From a virus: a stretch of 64,000 nucleotides of DNA. The translations under genes and the position numbers were made by a program. Below the pieces are notes generated by a model. It searched no databases. It was not told the origin of the DNA and saw only the letters and a program-made list of their open reading frames with translations. Positions 27,339 through 36,318 of the stretch are shown here, in pieces (the stretch's first letter is position 1; each line of letters opens with the position of its first letter). The DNA lies in IMG/VR virus record IMGVR_UViG_3300006735_000002, positions 17,571 to 81,570 of that record. One strand, given 5' to 3'.

Positions 27339-27947
27339 TCAGCCGCGGGGCGGAGGCGGGAAGCCTGCGCGCTTGGGCGGAGCCGGCATTGCCTTGGTGT
27401 TGCTGGGCGAAGCGCTCGCCGAAGTTTCACGGCGCCAGGGGAACTGGCGGGTGTCTTCGGGGGAGGAGCCCTTCTCTTCGTACGCGTCGAAGGCGTCCTT
27501 GTTGATGAAGGACTTGACCTCGCCGTACGCCTTGGTGCCCTTGGGGGTGTCCTCGGGGCGACCAAGCCATGCGATGTAGGCCGTGCGGCTGACGAGGTGG
27601 TCCGTGTTCAGACCGTTCTCGGACAGGTAGTCCTCGGTGATACCGGAGGACAGAGCGACACGCTTGAGAGCGCCGACCATGCCAGCGATCTTACCCTTGC
27701 GGGCATCCTCGCTCATCTGAGCAAGGGCCGGTGCCATCTCGCCGTCAGCGTTGAACGGGCAGCTGCCGATCTCGCGAGTGGTCGCGCCGTCGGGGAACTT
27801 GAGGTGGATGAAGTAGCTGAAGTTGCCCTGACGATCGAGGACTCCGCGGTCTTCGAACTTGGTGATCTCGACAGCGTAGTAGCCGGTGCCGGGGGGAAGC
27901 GAGCCGGTGTTGACTGCGCTGGTGACTTCGGGCGGGATGAAAAACAT
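27339..27947 (-). CDS. Putative single-stranded DNA-binding protein (DUF669-like)
   Basis: LPPGTGYYAVEITKFE N-terminal motif, disordered Pro-rich tail, adjacent to the AAA_24 ATPase; start at MFFIPP. Confidence 0.65.
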   Translation of the reverse strand: MFFIPPEVTSAVNTGSLPPGTGYYAVEITKFEDRGVLDRQGNFSYFIHLKFPDGATTREIGSCPFNADGEMAPALAQMSEDARKGKIAGMVGALKRVALSSGITEDYLSENGLNTDHLVSRTAYIAWLGRPEDTPKGTKAYGEVKSFINKDAFDAYEEKGSSPEDTRQFPWRRETSASASPSNTKAMPAPPKRAGFPPPPRG

Positions 27948-28012
27948 CTGGTGAATCCAGGTGAGAGTGATGATGGTGTTGTGGTAGATCCCAGAGACTG
28001 CTGGGGCAGCCG

Positions 28013-29005
28013 TCAATCAGACGGAGGGGGTGGAGCCTTGGTCGCAGCCTTCTTCGGGGCGGGCGGCTCAAGGTTCTCAAAGATGCTGCGGCTGCGCCGC
28101 TTCTGGATGACGCCTCTTGCGATGCCATCCTGTACGGCCCAGCGGATGTGGAGCTGAGGCTCACGGCCGCTACCCTTGGCGAACTTCTGCGCCTTGTTGA
28201 CGCCGGCGTCAATGGCAGCGCTGACGTCACCTTCCTGCAGGGTCTTGGCGACAAGGTCGGCAATCTCGTCCTGCCACTCAAGGCCAGGGCGGCGAGACAG
28301 TCCGTAGTCAACGGCGCTGGCCCGGAGGAGCTCACGGACGTTGGGCGGGCTCTCAGCGTACGCCACACCGTTCCGGTCACCGGTCACCCAGGTGGTGTCC
28401 CAAGTGTCGACAAACAAGCCGTTCTTGGTCCAGGGGTCTGGGTAGTCCTTGTTGACGATGGCGCGGGCGTTGAAGTCACACCAAGCAGGGACACGCACAA
28501 CCTGACCCTTGCTGCCCAGAGATGGGCCGCCGGGTACGAAGGTTCCGTCCATGCCCTGGCCGGGTGCCTGCTCGTGGGCCACGAGGAAGACGCTCACGCC
28601 GATGTGTCGGGCGCGCTCTGCCAACCGAAGGAGCTTGTCCTTCAGCTGCTGGTAGGGCCAGAACTTGTCGACCTTGCCGCTGTTTGTGATCTTGGGGTTG
28701 TCCTGCCAGACACGCAGGCTTGTCTCGCACAGCGCGGTCATGCCGTCGACACAGATCTCAGGGTAGTCCTCGACCAACCCCTGCGACTCGAGCATGTCCA
28801 GCAGACCAAGCAGGTCGACAAGCGTCCTGACCGGATGCTCATAGATCGTGGGCTCGAATCCCCACTCGTTTGTCGCGACGCTCTTGATCGCGTTCATCCC
28901 CTCGCCCGGAATCCACAGGGCGTTGGGGAAAGCGCTTGCGACCATTGAGGTCTTCATGCGCTTGGGCTGGCCAAAGACCATGCCCATGACCGTGGCATTC
29001 GCCAT
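28013..29005 (-). CDS. AAA_24/Sak4-like ATPase (recombinase)
   Basis: Variant Walker A GQPKRMKTS, CVDGMT, LVAHEQ, GGPSLG; GGAGG RBS before MANATV. Confidence 0.8.
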   Translation of the reverse strand: MANATVMGMVFGQPKRMKTSMVASAFPNALWIPGEGMNAIKSVATNEWGFEPTIYEHPVRTLVDLLGLLDMLESQGLVEDYPEICVDGMTALCETSLRVWQDNPKITNSGKVDKFWPYQQLKDKLLRLAERARHIGVSVFLVAHEQAPGQGMDGTFVPGGPSLGSKGQVVRVPAWCDFNARAIVNKDYPDPWTKNGLFVDTWDTTWVTGDRNGVAYAESPPNVRELLRASAVDYGLSRRPGLEWQDEIADLVAKTLQEGDVSAAIDAGVNKAQKFAKGSGREPQLHIRWAVQDGIARGVIQKRRSRSIFENLEPPAPKKAATKAPPPPSD

Positions 29006-29047
29006 GGTCGCCTCCAGTGATGTTGTTGTTGTAGTGCCCCGAAAGGC

Positions 29048-29120
29048 CCGTCGACTGTAACACACTGGTCCCAGTCGACGGCGCCTGTTTGTTGTTTACA
29101 GTCAGGGCGGGTCTGTAAAC
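29048..29120 (-). promoter_or_regulatory. Two intergenic hairpins
   Basis: CCGTCGACTG/CAGTCGACGG and GTTTACAG/CTGTAAAC inverted repeats between speD and the AAA_24 gene. Confidence 0.4.
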
Positions 29121-29136
29121 TAACTCGACTCTTTCC

Positions 29137-29544
29137 TTATTCGTTGATCTCCCACCGATGCTGAGTGTCAGGCTCATGGGACCTGCGGATGTTGCGAACC
29201 CGCCCACCTGTCAGACTCAACTTTTCGGTAAGGAAATCAACCACTTGCTTGACGTTGAACTCCTTGCAAGAGAACAAGTCGAAGCTCACGTGACCACGGA
29301 GGGGCCACGTGTGGATGCTGCCGTGAGACGTGGTCAGAATCACAGTCCCCGTCACTCCCCCATCGTCCTCTCCGTTTTCAACCGTGGGATTGAGTGGTAC
29401 CGAGACCATCTCGGCGGGCTTCAGAATCTGCATACCCACCATCACAACGAGCTCGTTGAGCAGCGCACTGATCAACTCAGGGTCGTTGAGGCGCTGCGAG
29501 TCTTGGGTCCAGGCGTCAATGATTACGTGCCTACCTGTTTTCAT
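29137..29544 (-). CDS. speD: S-adenosylmethionine decarboxylase proenzyme
   Basis: GRHVIID, GVTGTVILTTSHGSIHTWP, DLFSCK motifs. Confidence 0.88.
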   Translation of the reverse strand: MKTGRHVIIDAWTQDSQRLNDPELISALLNELVVMVGMQILKPAEMVSVPLNPTVENGEDDGGVTGTVILTTSHGSIHTWPLRGHVSFDLFSCKEFNVKQVVDFLTEKLSLTGGRVRNIRRSHEPDTQHRWEINE

Positions 29545-29549
29545 GATGA

Positions 29550-30530
29550 TTACTCCGGGCCGTACTGGCAAATCTCAAACGCACCGCACTTACCGTAGCG
29601 GTGGTAGCAGGCGAGCTCACTCCGGGTCAGCTCCCAATCGCCCGGACCCGTTCGTCCCTCGGCGAACATCACGAGCTGCTGCGCCAGGGAGTGCGCCTTC
29701 GTGTAGACCTGTCGGGCAAACTGCTGGTCACGCCACGGCGTAGCCGGAACATGCTGCCGGCTCACGGCGTACGGCTCTCTGCGCTGCACCAGGTTGAGGA
29801 CAACGCCCCCGAAGTTCGAACCGTACAGCTGTCGACCAGCGATGCGGTTGACGGCGAACTGTCCATCCATGGCGTACTGCTGAGCACGAGTCTTGCTCAC
29901 GCTCCCGCCGGTCACCTTGTGGTCCCAGATGTATGTCCGCCTGTCCTGGCTGTGTGTCATCACCAGGTCGAAGCGCTTGGTGACCACGATGGGCTTGCCG
30001 TGCTGCAGCGCTGGCACTCCGGCAGTCGGCTCTTCAAGACCAGGGCAGTCCAGAAGCTCGGGCTCGGCGAGGTTCTTGTCAAGCCACAGTCCGAAGTCCC
30101 CCTTGTGATTCCGCCCTACGGTCATCTTGATCTGCATCTCGACACCTTCAACACGGTCCGAAACATACGGCTCACGCTGTCGGTAGCGGCGGAAGACCTC
30201 GAGAGTGTTGGCGATGAAGTGCGCCGCCTCCGTACCCTCCTTCTCCGCTTCATCGACCCATGCCCGCAGCCCCTCCTCAGGCGGCAAGAAGTAGTTGGGA
30301 TCACTGATGTTTTCTCCCTCGTACTCAAACCCACCCTGCTCGCACCCAAGTCGAGCGTAGTAGTGCGCCAGGATGGTGTGGCCCATCGACCCCTGGGTCA
30401 GCGGGTCAGCTCCGATGAACTGCTTGCCCTGCACGTTGATGAGGAACCAGAGGAAGTCGCAGCTGAAGGCAGGCCCCCAGAAGGACCACCCCGACGTGCT
30501 GCGCCCGGTGTTGATGAGGATGGGGTTCAC
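29550..30530 (-). CDS. PD-(D/E)XK Cas4/AddB-like exonuclease with probable Fe-S cysteines
   Basis: SCDFLW, QGSMGH, VEMQ, RFDLV, IWDHK, QFAVN and C-terminal CYHRYGKCGAFEIC; GTG start 30530. Confidence 0.8.
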   Translation of the reverse strand: MNPILINTGRSTSGWSFWGPAFSCDFLWFLINVQGKQFIGADPLTQGSMGHTILAHYYARLGCEQGGFEYEGENISDPNYFLPPEEGLRAWVDEAEKEGTEAAHFIANTLEVFRRYRQREPYVSDRVEGVEMQIKMTVGRNHKGDFGLWLDKNLAEPELLDCPGLEEPTAGVPALQHGKPIVVTKRFDLVMTHSQDRRTYIWDHKVTGGSVSKTRAQQYAMDGQFAVNRIAGRQLYGSNFGGVVLNLVQRREPYAVSRQHVPATPWRDQQFARQVYTKAHSLAQQLVMFAEGRTGPGDWELTRSELACYHRYGKCGAFEICQYGPE

Positions 30531-30697
30531 GGCTGCTCCGGGGGGTTGGGGAGGGGCTGCCAGAAGAACTGGCCGATGCCTGCCAGGGAAAACCACGACT
30601 CGTAGTTGAGCCACGCGCCATCGTCTTCTTGCTTGAGGCAGAGGATGTTGAACGTGTCGTGCTGCCACATGAGCACTTCTTCGTCGGACGGAGGCAT
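30527..30697 (-). CDS. Small hypothetical protein
   Basis: 56 aa, WQHDTF...WFSL...FFWQPLPNPP. Confidence 0.55.
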   Translation of the reverse strand: MPPSDEEVLMWQHDTFNILCLKQEDDGAWLNYESWFSLAGIGQFFWQPLPNPPEQP

Positions 30698-30734
30698 GGT
30701 GCGCCGACTGTCGGTCCAAATCACGGCTGCTCCG
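30527..30734. repeat. 14-bp direct repeat TCACGGCTGCTCCG
   Basis: Identical at 30527-30540 and 30721-30734; both copies encode a gene end EQP-stop. Confidence 0.75.
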
Positions 30735-30987
30735 CAAGCCAGTCTTCGTGCGCCTTCGCGCACGCCCTGGCGTAGTTGATGATGTCGGCAGGGGTCTGCT
30801 CAACCGAAGTCGCGATGACGCAGGCTGCTCCCGGCAGGTAGTTGGCCTTGCCGCTGGAGAGGTGGTTTCTCACATCGACCTTTGCTTCGATGTCGTCGAA
30901 CCTTCCTCCGGCAGCCACACAGAAAAACAGAGTGCAGCACAACCAGACAATCATGAGAGCAATCTCTGTGGTGGTTCGATCTGTCAT
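30721..30987 (-). CDS. Small membrane-anchored protein
   Basis: N-terminal hydrophobic helix IALMIVWLCCTLFFCVAAG. Confidence 0.6.
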   Translation of the reverse strand: MTDRTTTEIALMIVWLCCTLFFCVAAGGRFDDIEAKVDVRNHLSSGKANYLPGAACVIATSVEQTPADIINYARACAKAHEDWLAEQP

Positions 30988-32933
30988 GCGTCTACTCCAA
31001 AGAGTGTGTCGAGTACCGATGCCTTCATGGCCTCGTGGTCGTCAATGCCGAGCAGCTTGTCGTCCATGCCCTGGTACTGCTCAGCCGCCAGGAACTCCTT
31101 GATGGGAGTGATCTTGTCAGCCAGGATGCCAGCCACCTTCTCGTCGTAAGTCTTCCTGGCGAGCACCACCTTGAGCAGCGTGGGTCGACCACCGATGCGG
31201 TCGAACCGCCCCTTCCACTGCTCGAAGTCTCCGGGCCGCCACGGCAGCATGGCGAAAATGGCGAGGTCTGCAGACTGCAGACCATCGACCGACTCACCAA
31301 ACGCCTGGCCGGTAGCGATAAGAAGGCACGGTCCTTCGCTCTCGCGGAAGCTCGTGACCATGTCCTCACGGTCGCGCTCGTCCGTGCCACCGTGACCCCA
31401 GCTCATCGCGGGCATGTGGCCACCGAAGTTCTTCTGCTTGACCTCCTTTGCCAGAGCCTTCTCGATGTACGAGGCCCAGTCCTCACAGTCCTGGCGACGC
31501 GCCGTGAACAGCACGACCTTGCCACCACCGCGGAGACCTTCGAGCACTTCCTCGACCACGTACTTGCGCTTGCGGCTGGCCGCCTCCATGAGGTTCGCTT
31601 CGAGCGCACGCTCCTTGTCGAACTCGGTGCGTGTCTTGAGCGCCTCCTTCTCCGCCTTGGCGATGACCCGCTTGAACGCCGCGGGGCGGTTCTGGTCAGA
31701 CGGCGAGAGCCACACGACCTGGACGCGGGTGGGGGGCAGCTGACCGTGCGACTCGGTGTGCGTCACCTCTTGCATCAGGTAGGCCGCGCGGTACTTGAGT
31801 TCTTCGATGTGGCTGCTGCCCTTGTCGTCGATGCCGCCGTACTCGCCCTCCTTCGCAGCGCAGTACCGCTTGGCGTAGGAGCTGAAGCCCATGCCGTAGG
31901 CGCCGGGGGCGAGCAGGTCGAGCTGACTCCACAGTCGACGAGGGCGCCCGTCGTCCAGCGGCGTGGCGGTCAGGCCACCCCGCAGACGGATCGAAGGCAG
32001 GCGGCTCACGTCCATGGCAGCAACCGCACGGGTCTCTCGCGTGTCGGTCTTGGTCCGACGCTTCTCGAACTCAATCTCACCGTTGCTGTTGAAGATGGCC
32101 TTCCACCGTTTGGGCTGACCAAAGGTGTGGAGCTCATCGAACACCAGCACGGACGGTGCGAGCTTCGCAATCTCCTGGGTGTAGTCAGGGAGTGACTGCG
32201 CACCGAAGACCACGAAGGGGCGGATGCGAAGGTCGACACACTCTGCGAGGTAGTCCTGCAGGGTCTGGTCGTTCTTCCGCATCTGACCACGAGGGATCAC
32301 ACGGTGAGGCTTGAGGTTGGTGTACTCCTGAACCTGGTCCCACCAGACTCGGCGGGCCTTGGCGGGAGCAATGACACACACCGGACCCTTCTCGGTCAGA
32401 GCAGACAAGGTAGACGTCAGCGTCTTGCCTGACCCGCAAGGGTAGACCAGCTTGAACCAGGGCCTGGTCGAAGCCCAGTAGACGCCACGCGCCTGGTAGT
32501 CGGTGATGAGGTCAGTCACGAATGACTTGACCTCGCCTCGGTTGACCATGCCGGCGACCACCTGCCGTCCGTACTCGGCCATGGTGGCCAGCGCTTCCTC
32601 GTCGTCAGAAGGCCACGCGAAGATGTCGCCCACGTTGATGGCGTGCTCAATCTGGTAGGTCACACCAGCTTCCGCCAGCCTGTGCTCGAAGAGCCACGCA
32701 GCGTTGAGGGGGACGAATGCCTTGTAGTAGTCGTAGCCGTTGACCGGCTCGGAGGGGTTCTCCCGAAGCAGCTTGGTCATGCGGTACCAGCGACGGTCAT
32801 GTGCCATGTGGCCGTACGCCAGCACGCCAGGCAGCTGCTGCTCAATGCGAGCGAGCACGCTGCCGGAGCGACCTGTCGCTCGGTAGATGTAGTGGGGTTG
32901 GTCTTTGAGCGGTGAGAAGACGTCAGGCATCAT
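30984..32933 (-). CDS. SNF2-like superfamily 2 helicase
   Basis: PCGSGKT, FDELH, LTATP, LWSQL, QWKGRFDRIG. Confidence 0.9.
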   Translation of the reverse strand: MMPDVFSPLKDQPHYIYRATGRSGSVLARIEQQLPGVLAYGHMAHDRRWYRMTKLLRENPSEPVNGYDYYKAFVPLNAAWLFEHRLAEAGVTYQIEHAINVGDIFAWPSDDEEALATMAEYGRQVVAGMVNRGEVKSFVTDLITDYQARGVYWASTRPWFKLVYPCGSGKTLTSTLSALTEKGPVCVIAPAKARRVWWDQVQEYTNLKPHRVIPRGQMRKNDQTLQDYLAECVDLRIRPFVVFGAQSLPDYTQEIAKLAPSVLVFDELHTFGQPKRWKAIFNSNGEIEFEKRRTKTDTRETRAVAAMDVSRLPSIRLRGGLTATPLDDGRPRRLWSQLDLLAPGAYGMGFSSYAKRYCAAKEGEYGGIDDKGSSHIEELKYRAAYLMQEVTHTESHGQLPPTRVQVVWLSPSDQNRPAAFKRVIAKAEKEALKTRTEFDKERALEANLMEAASRKRKYVVEEVLEGLRGGGKVVLFTARRQDCEDWASYIEKALAKEVKQKNFGGHMPAMSWGHGGTDERDREDMVTSFRESEGPCLLIATGQAFGESVDGLQSADLAIFAMLPWRPGDFEQWKGRFDRIGGRPTLLKVVLARKTYDEKVAGILADKITPIKEFLAAEQYQGMDDKLLGIDDHEAMKASVLDTLFGVDA

Positions 32934-33790
32934 CCCTCCAGTGAAGAGAAGTCAGAGTCGTTGACCAGGAGCGCAGCGACTGGACCCTTCCAGCCGCAAC
33001 TCTTCCGGTGATTGCAGTAGGCGTTGAGCTGGCGGGTGGGGTCGAGCCACCACCACACAGCCTCTCGCCGACAGCGTGGGCACTCGACCAAGCGGACAGC
33101 GTCGTCACTGACCACGCCACCCAGAGCATGGCCGAGGTTCGCACGTGCATCGGGGTCGAGATGTAGTTGGCTCCTGTCTCCTGGCACTGGCATAGAGTGC
33201 AGAAGCAGGGCCGGTCGGATGGGCACCACGTTGTCCTCGGGTGCCCACTTCATGATGTCGTCAACACGGAGCAGCGGAGCTCTCACAATGCGGGACTCGA
33301 AGTGCCGCTGATGCGCAGGGTCCTCGAGGTCACACGCCGGCAAGACCCACGATCGTGAGATGTCCTTGCAGTGGCGGTCGATGGTTCGGCCGCAGTGCTC
33401 TTCCGCCCAGCGCCACGCCGCGGGGTACTCCTCCTTGCGGAGGTCCTGGTCGAGAGGCAGCACCACCCGGAACTTGTGATGCTCCGGGCGGTGAGACCAT
33501 GAGGTGTGCAGGATGAGCGCCCACTGACCCCACGCTTGCAGCGCCTGGTCAATGGTCGTCCCATCGTCGTAGTCGAGCACAAGGCACGAGGCGCCTTGGG
33601 CGTTTGCCTTCTTGCGTCGTGGCGGCTGGAATGTCGCGGGGCTCCACTGCGGGAGCTTGCGCTTGTCCCATACGCGGAACGCCTCGCCGGGCTGGGCCAG
33701 CAAGTCCGACAGCTGGTCGAACGTCAGCTGCTGCGGGTGCGCCTCGGTCAAGAACAGGTTGTCGAACAGGCTGACCCAGAACTTTCTCAT
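32930..33790 (-). CDS. AEP-superfamily primase with C-terminal zinc finger
   Basis: LVLDYDDG, HTSWSH, KFRVVLPL, DRHCKDISR; CPRC...CNHRKSC. Confidence 0.8.
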   Translation of the reverse strand: MRKFWVSLFDNLFLTEAHPQQLTFDQLSDLLAQPGEAFRVWDKRKLPQWSPATFQPPRRKKANAQGASCLVLDYDDGTTIDQALQAWGQWALILHTSWSHRPEHHKFRVVLPLDQDLRKEEYPAAWRWAEEHCGRTIDRHCKDISRSWVLPACDLEDPAHQRHFESRIVRAPLLRVDDIMKWAPEDNVVPIRPALLLHSMPVPGDRSQLHLDPDARANLGHALGGVVSDDAVRLVECPRCRREAVWWWLDPTRQLNAYCNHRKSCGWKGPVAALLVNDSDFSSLEG

Positions 33791-34038
33791 GCGTCCCCGG
33801 CGACCCCGGAGCAGTACATGCGAGCGGCATGCTGCACCTTTGCGATGGTGTCGATGACATCCTTCGCTACCTTCAGGTCGATGTCTCCAGCATCGCACAC
33901 GGTGGCAAGTGCGAACGCCAGCTCCTCTGCAACCTGCCGATATGATTGACCATTCTTGATTGCCTCGTCGATGGCCTTGCTGGCCGGTCGGTAGACCTGT
34001 CCGTAGTTGATCATACGCATGAACTTTCCGTCAGCCAT
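33787..34038 (-). CDS. Hypothetical protein (possible HTH)
   Basis: 83 aa, GQSYRQVAEEL; coupled to primase. Confidence 0.6.
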   Translation of the reverse strand: MADGKFMRMINYGQVYRPASKAIDEAIKNGQSYRQVAEELAFALATVCDAGDIDLKVAKDVIDTIAKVQHAARMYCSGVAGDA

Positions 34039-34335
34039 TCAGCCCTCCTTCGACGGCGGGTACCAACGCGCCGTCACTTTGTTGATGTAGTCGTTCGGTC
34101 CCTGGTAGAAGAGAGACCGCTGACGCTTGCGCGTCCAGCCTGCCTGTTCAAGGCATGAGCCCAGCTCGAGCCAGCGTCGCCGCTCTCCGACGAAGTCTTC
34201 GAACAGGTCGGAGAAGTCTTCGTGGAATGCGATCTCGCTGACGCTCACACTCGGCAGCTTCGATGTGTTGGCGAGGAAGGCGGCGATGCGGCCTACCACT
34301 TCTTCGCCGGGCTTCTTGCAGTATGTGTCGTTCAT
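34039..34335 (-). CDS. Hypothetical protein (winged-helix-like)
   Basis: First gene after the promoter; LGSCLEQAGWTRKRQR. Confidence 0.55.
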   Translation of the reverse strand: MNDTYCKKPGEEVVGRIAAFLANTSKLPSVSVSEIAFHEDFSDLFEDFVGERRRWLELGSCLEQAGWTRKRQRSLFYQGPNDYINKVTARWYPPSKEG

Positions 34336-34476
34336 GAGTTTCCCTTGCAGTTGGAATAGATCCAAAGCGAAAACCACAACCACCAAATAATCTTGGGTCC
34401 GATTGGCCCCGGTGTTGACATCAAGTTGGGGTTGGGTTGCCGTCTTGTTTGGTGCATTGATGTGCCTCTGCTGAGC

Positions 34477-34505
34477 AGGTTAGCGACCGCGCACACAACT
34501 GTCAA
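34477..34505 (-). promoter_or_regulatory. Sigma70-type promoter of the replication operon
   Basis: TTGACA (34505-34500), 17-nt spacer, TAACCT (34482-34477). Confidence 0.75.
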
Positions 34506-34523
34506 ACAGGGTATAGTGACCGC

Positions 34524-35033
34524 ATGTCTGACCCCGAGAACATCCCAGAGCCCGCGCAGCTTCTCGCTCGTTTGCAGGAGCAAGACCGCGCTCTGAACGA
34601 TCCCGAGAAGTCGGGTGCGCTCAGAGAGCTGCTGCGTGCAGGCATCACGGTTGGCAAGGCAGCCAACCATCTCGACCTCCCCATCTCCGTTGCCTGGCGC
34701 ATGGTGACTTCGGACAAGTCTGCGCAGAAGGCACTGAAGGATGGCGATGACTTGCGGCGTAGGCAGCTACGCTCGACTCTTGAGAACCGAGCGGACGACA
34801 TGCTACAGGTCATCGTCAGCCTGGCACATGACCCAGATGTTGACGGGTCTGTGCGGCTGAAGGCGGCCCAGGACATCCTCGACCGGACAGGGCTGCTGGA
34901 CAAGAACACCGGCAAGGGTGGCTCTGGTCAGCAGCAGGCGGCAGCGGTCATCGAACTCTCGTCTGTTGATCGAGACTTCCACGACCGGCTGCAGCGCATC
35001 ACCGTCCGGGCGGGTACGAGGTCTGATGATTAG
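34524..35033 (+). CDS. Putative terminase small subunit / HTH protein
   Basis: N-terminal HTH (ITVGKAANHLDLPISVAW) and VRLKAAQDILDRTG motif common in TerS-like proteins; TATAGT 6 nt before ATG suggests a leaderless mRNA. Confidence 0.6.
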   Translation: MSDPENIPEPAQLLARLQEQDRALNDPEKSGALRELLRAGITVGKAANHLDLPISVAWRMVTSDKSAQKALKDGDDLRRRQLRSTLENRADDMLQVIVSLAHDPDVDGSVRLKAAQDILDRTGLLDKNTGKGGSGQQQAAAVIELSSVDRDFHDRLQRITVRAGTRSDD

Positions 35034-35509
35034 TCCTTGACCACGCGGTCGATGCCGTACTTCTTCTCGAGCTCATGCTTGAACTCTCGAAGGTCATCGT
35101 ACTGCGGGTGTTCCATCAGCGCGTTGACCATGGCGTCGGCAGGTCCAGTGGAAGGCAGCGCGCGGAGGACATCACCGAAGCGGGCGTCGATCTGCTCAGC
35201 CACACGCATGGCGTTGGACTTCCGCTTGTAGCCGTAGCTGTGATAGCCGCTGCTGAACGTGAGCCCCGTGGGCCAGTGCGTCAGCTTCCAGCGCTTGTCT
35301 TTCGACTCATGCCCGAACTCAACCTCCCAGGTCGAAGGGTCCTCCTTGTCCTTGACCGTGTGGTCAGTGATGTGGATCGGATGCACCGCCAGCTGACCGT
35401 AGCAGCGAATGCCCCGGGCGATGACCTGGTAGGCACCGCCCTGGTCATTGTCCGGCACGTCCGGCAGTCGGGTGTACACCGTGATGTCTCGGCTTCTCCA
35501 GCGAATCAT
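35030..35509 (-). CDS. Hypothetical early protein
   Basis: GGAGG RBS; WKLTHWPTG motif. Confidence 0.65.
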   Translation of the reverse strand: MIRWRSRDITVYTRLPDVPDNDQGGAYQVIARGIRCYGQLAVHPIHITDHTVKDKEDPSTWEVEFGHESKDKRWKLTHWPTGLTFSSGYHSYGYKRKSNAMRVAEQIDARFGDVLRALPSTGPADAMVNALMEHPQYDDLREFKHELEKKYGIDRVVKD

Positions 35510-35510
35510 G

Positions 35511-36017
35511 TCAGTCCTCCCAGATGTTGGACGCGGCGACGATCGCACGCATGAACGTCTTGAGCTTGTCGAGCTTGTCGTCGTCTCCGTTGCCCTCCAG
35601 GTCCGCGACAGTCAGACTGCGAGAATCGCTGGGCGTCAGGAAGTTGATCCGGTGACTCACGCTGCCGAACATCACGTCCACCCAGCGACCCTTGGCCCGG
35701 TACGCGGCAGCCTCACGACCGTTCTTGTCGGTGAGCGTCAGGTACGAGGTGTTGATCGGCGGGATGAACGTCTCACGAACAGGCACCGCAAGGGGCATGT
35801 CGCCGGGCTTCATGTCCGAGAAGCCCAGCACCATGTCCTCGAGCAGCACAAGGCGGCGCGACTCGCCCTCGGTCTCCTCGTGGTTGGTGATGATCTGACA
35901 CAGGCTCCAGATGTCACCAGTAGCCAGCTCCTGGTACCAGAACTCTTGGGGGTCAGGCCAGGTGCGGGTGCTCTCGTCCAAGACTCTGCCGTTGGACTGC
36001 AGGGTGTAACGGTTCAT
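35511..36017 (-). CDS. Hypothetical early protein
   Basis: AAGGAG RBS before MNRYTLQ. Confidence 0.65.
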   Translation of the reverse strand: MNRYTLQSNGRVLDESTRTWPDPQEFWYQELATGDIWSLCQIITNHEETEGESRRLVLLEDMVLGFSDMKPGDMPLAVPVRETFIPPINTSYLTLTDKNGREAAAYRAKGRWVDVMFGSVSHRINFLTPSDSRSLTVADLEGNGDDDKLDKLKTFMRAIVAASNIWED

Positions 36018-36045
36018 TGCTGCTCCTTCGTGTGGTGTTGTGTGC

Positions 36046-36318
36046 CTAACCTGCGTTGCGCTGGCAGGCAAGTGTGAGTGCTTCTTCCAGTGTGAGCGGG
36101 TCGATGGACCCGTCCACGTCTCCATCATACGAGTGGCACAGGTACCACCCGTTGGGATCGAGCTCGTCCTCGACGTAGCCCTCCGCCCACGTGACTCCCC
36201 AGAAGTTGTCGCTCTCAGGCTCTACCGGGTAGGACGCAACCCACCGCACGTGTGGGTCGAGTACCTGCAGCGGCTCGAAACCGAAGGAGGCCAGCATGAC
36301 GTCCTGTTCCTGGCTCAT
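36046..36318 (-). CDS. Hypothetical acidic protein
   Basis: GGAGG RBS, ATGA coupling. Confidence 0.6.
   Translation of the reverse strand: MSQEQDVMLASFGFEPLQVLDPHVRWVASYPVEPESDNFWGVTWAEGYVEDELDPNGWYLCHSYDGDVDGSIDPLTLEEALTLACQRNAG

Noticed and set aside
29550-30530. CRISPR-Cas system suggested by the Cas4-like nuclease
   Set aside because: No cas1/cas2 and no repeat-spacer array; solo Cas4-like nucleases are common in phage replication modules
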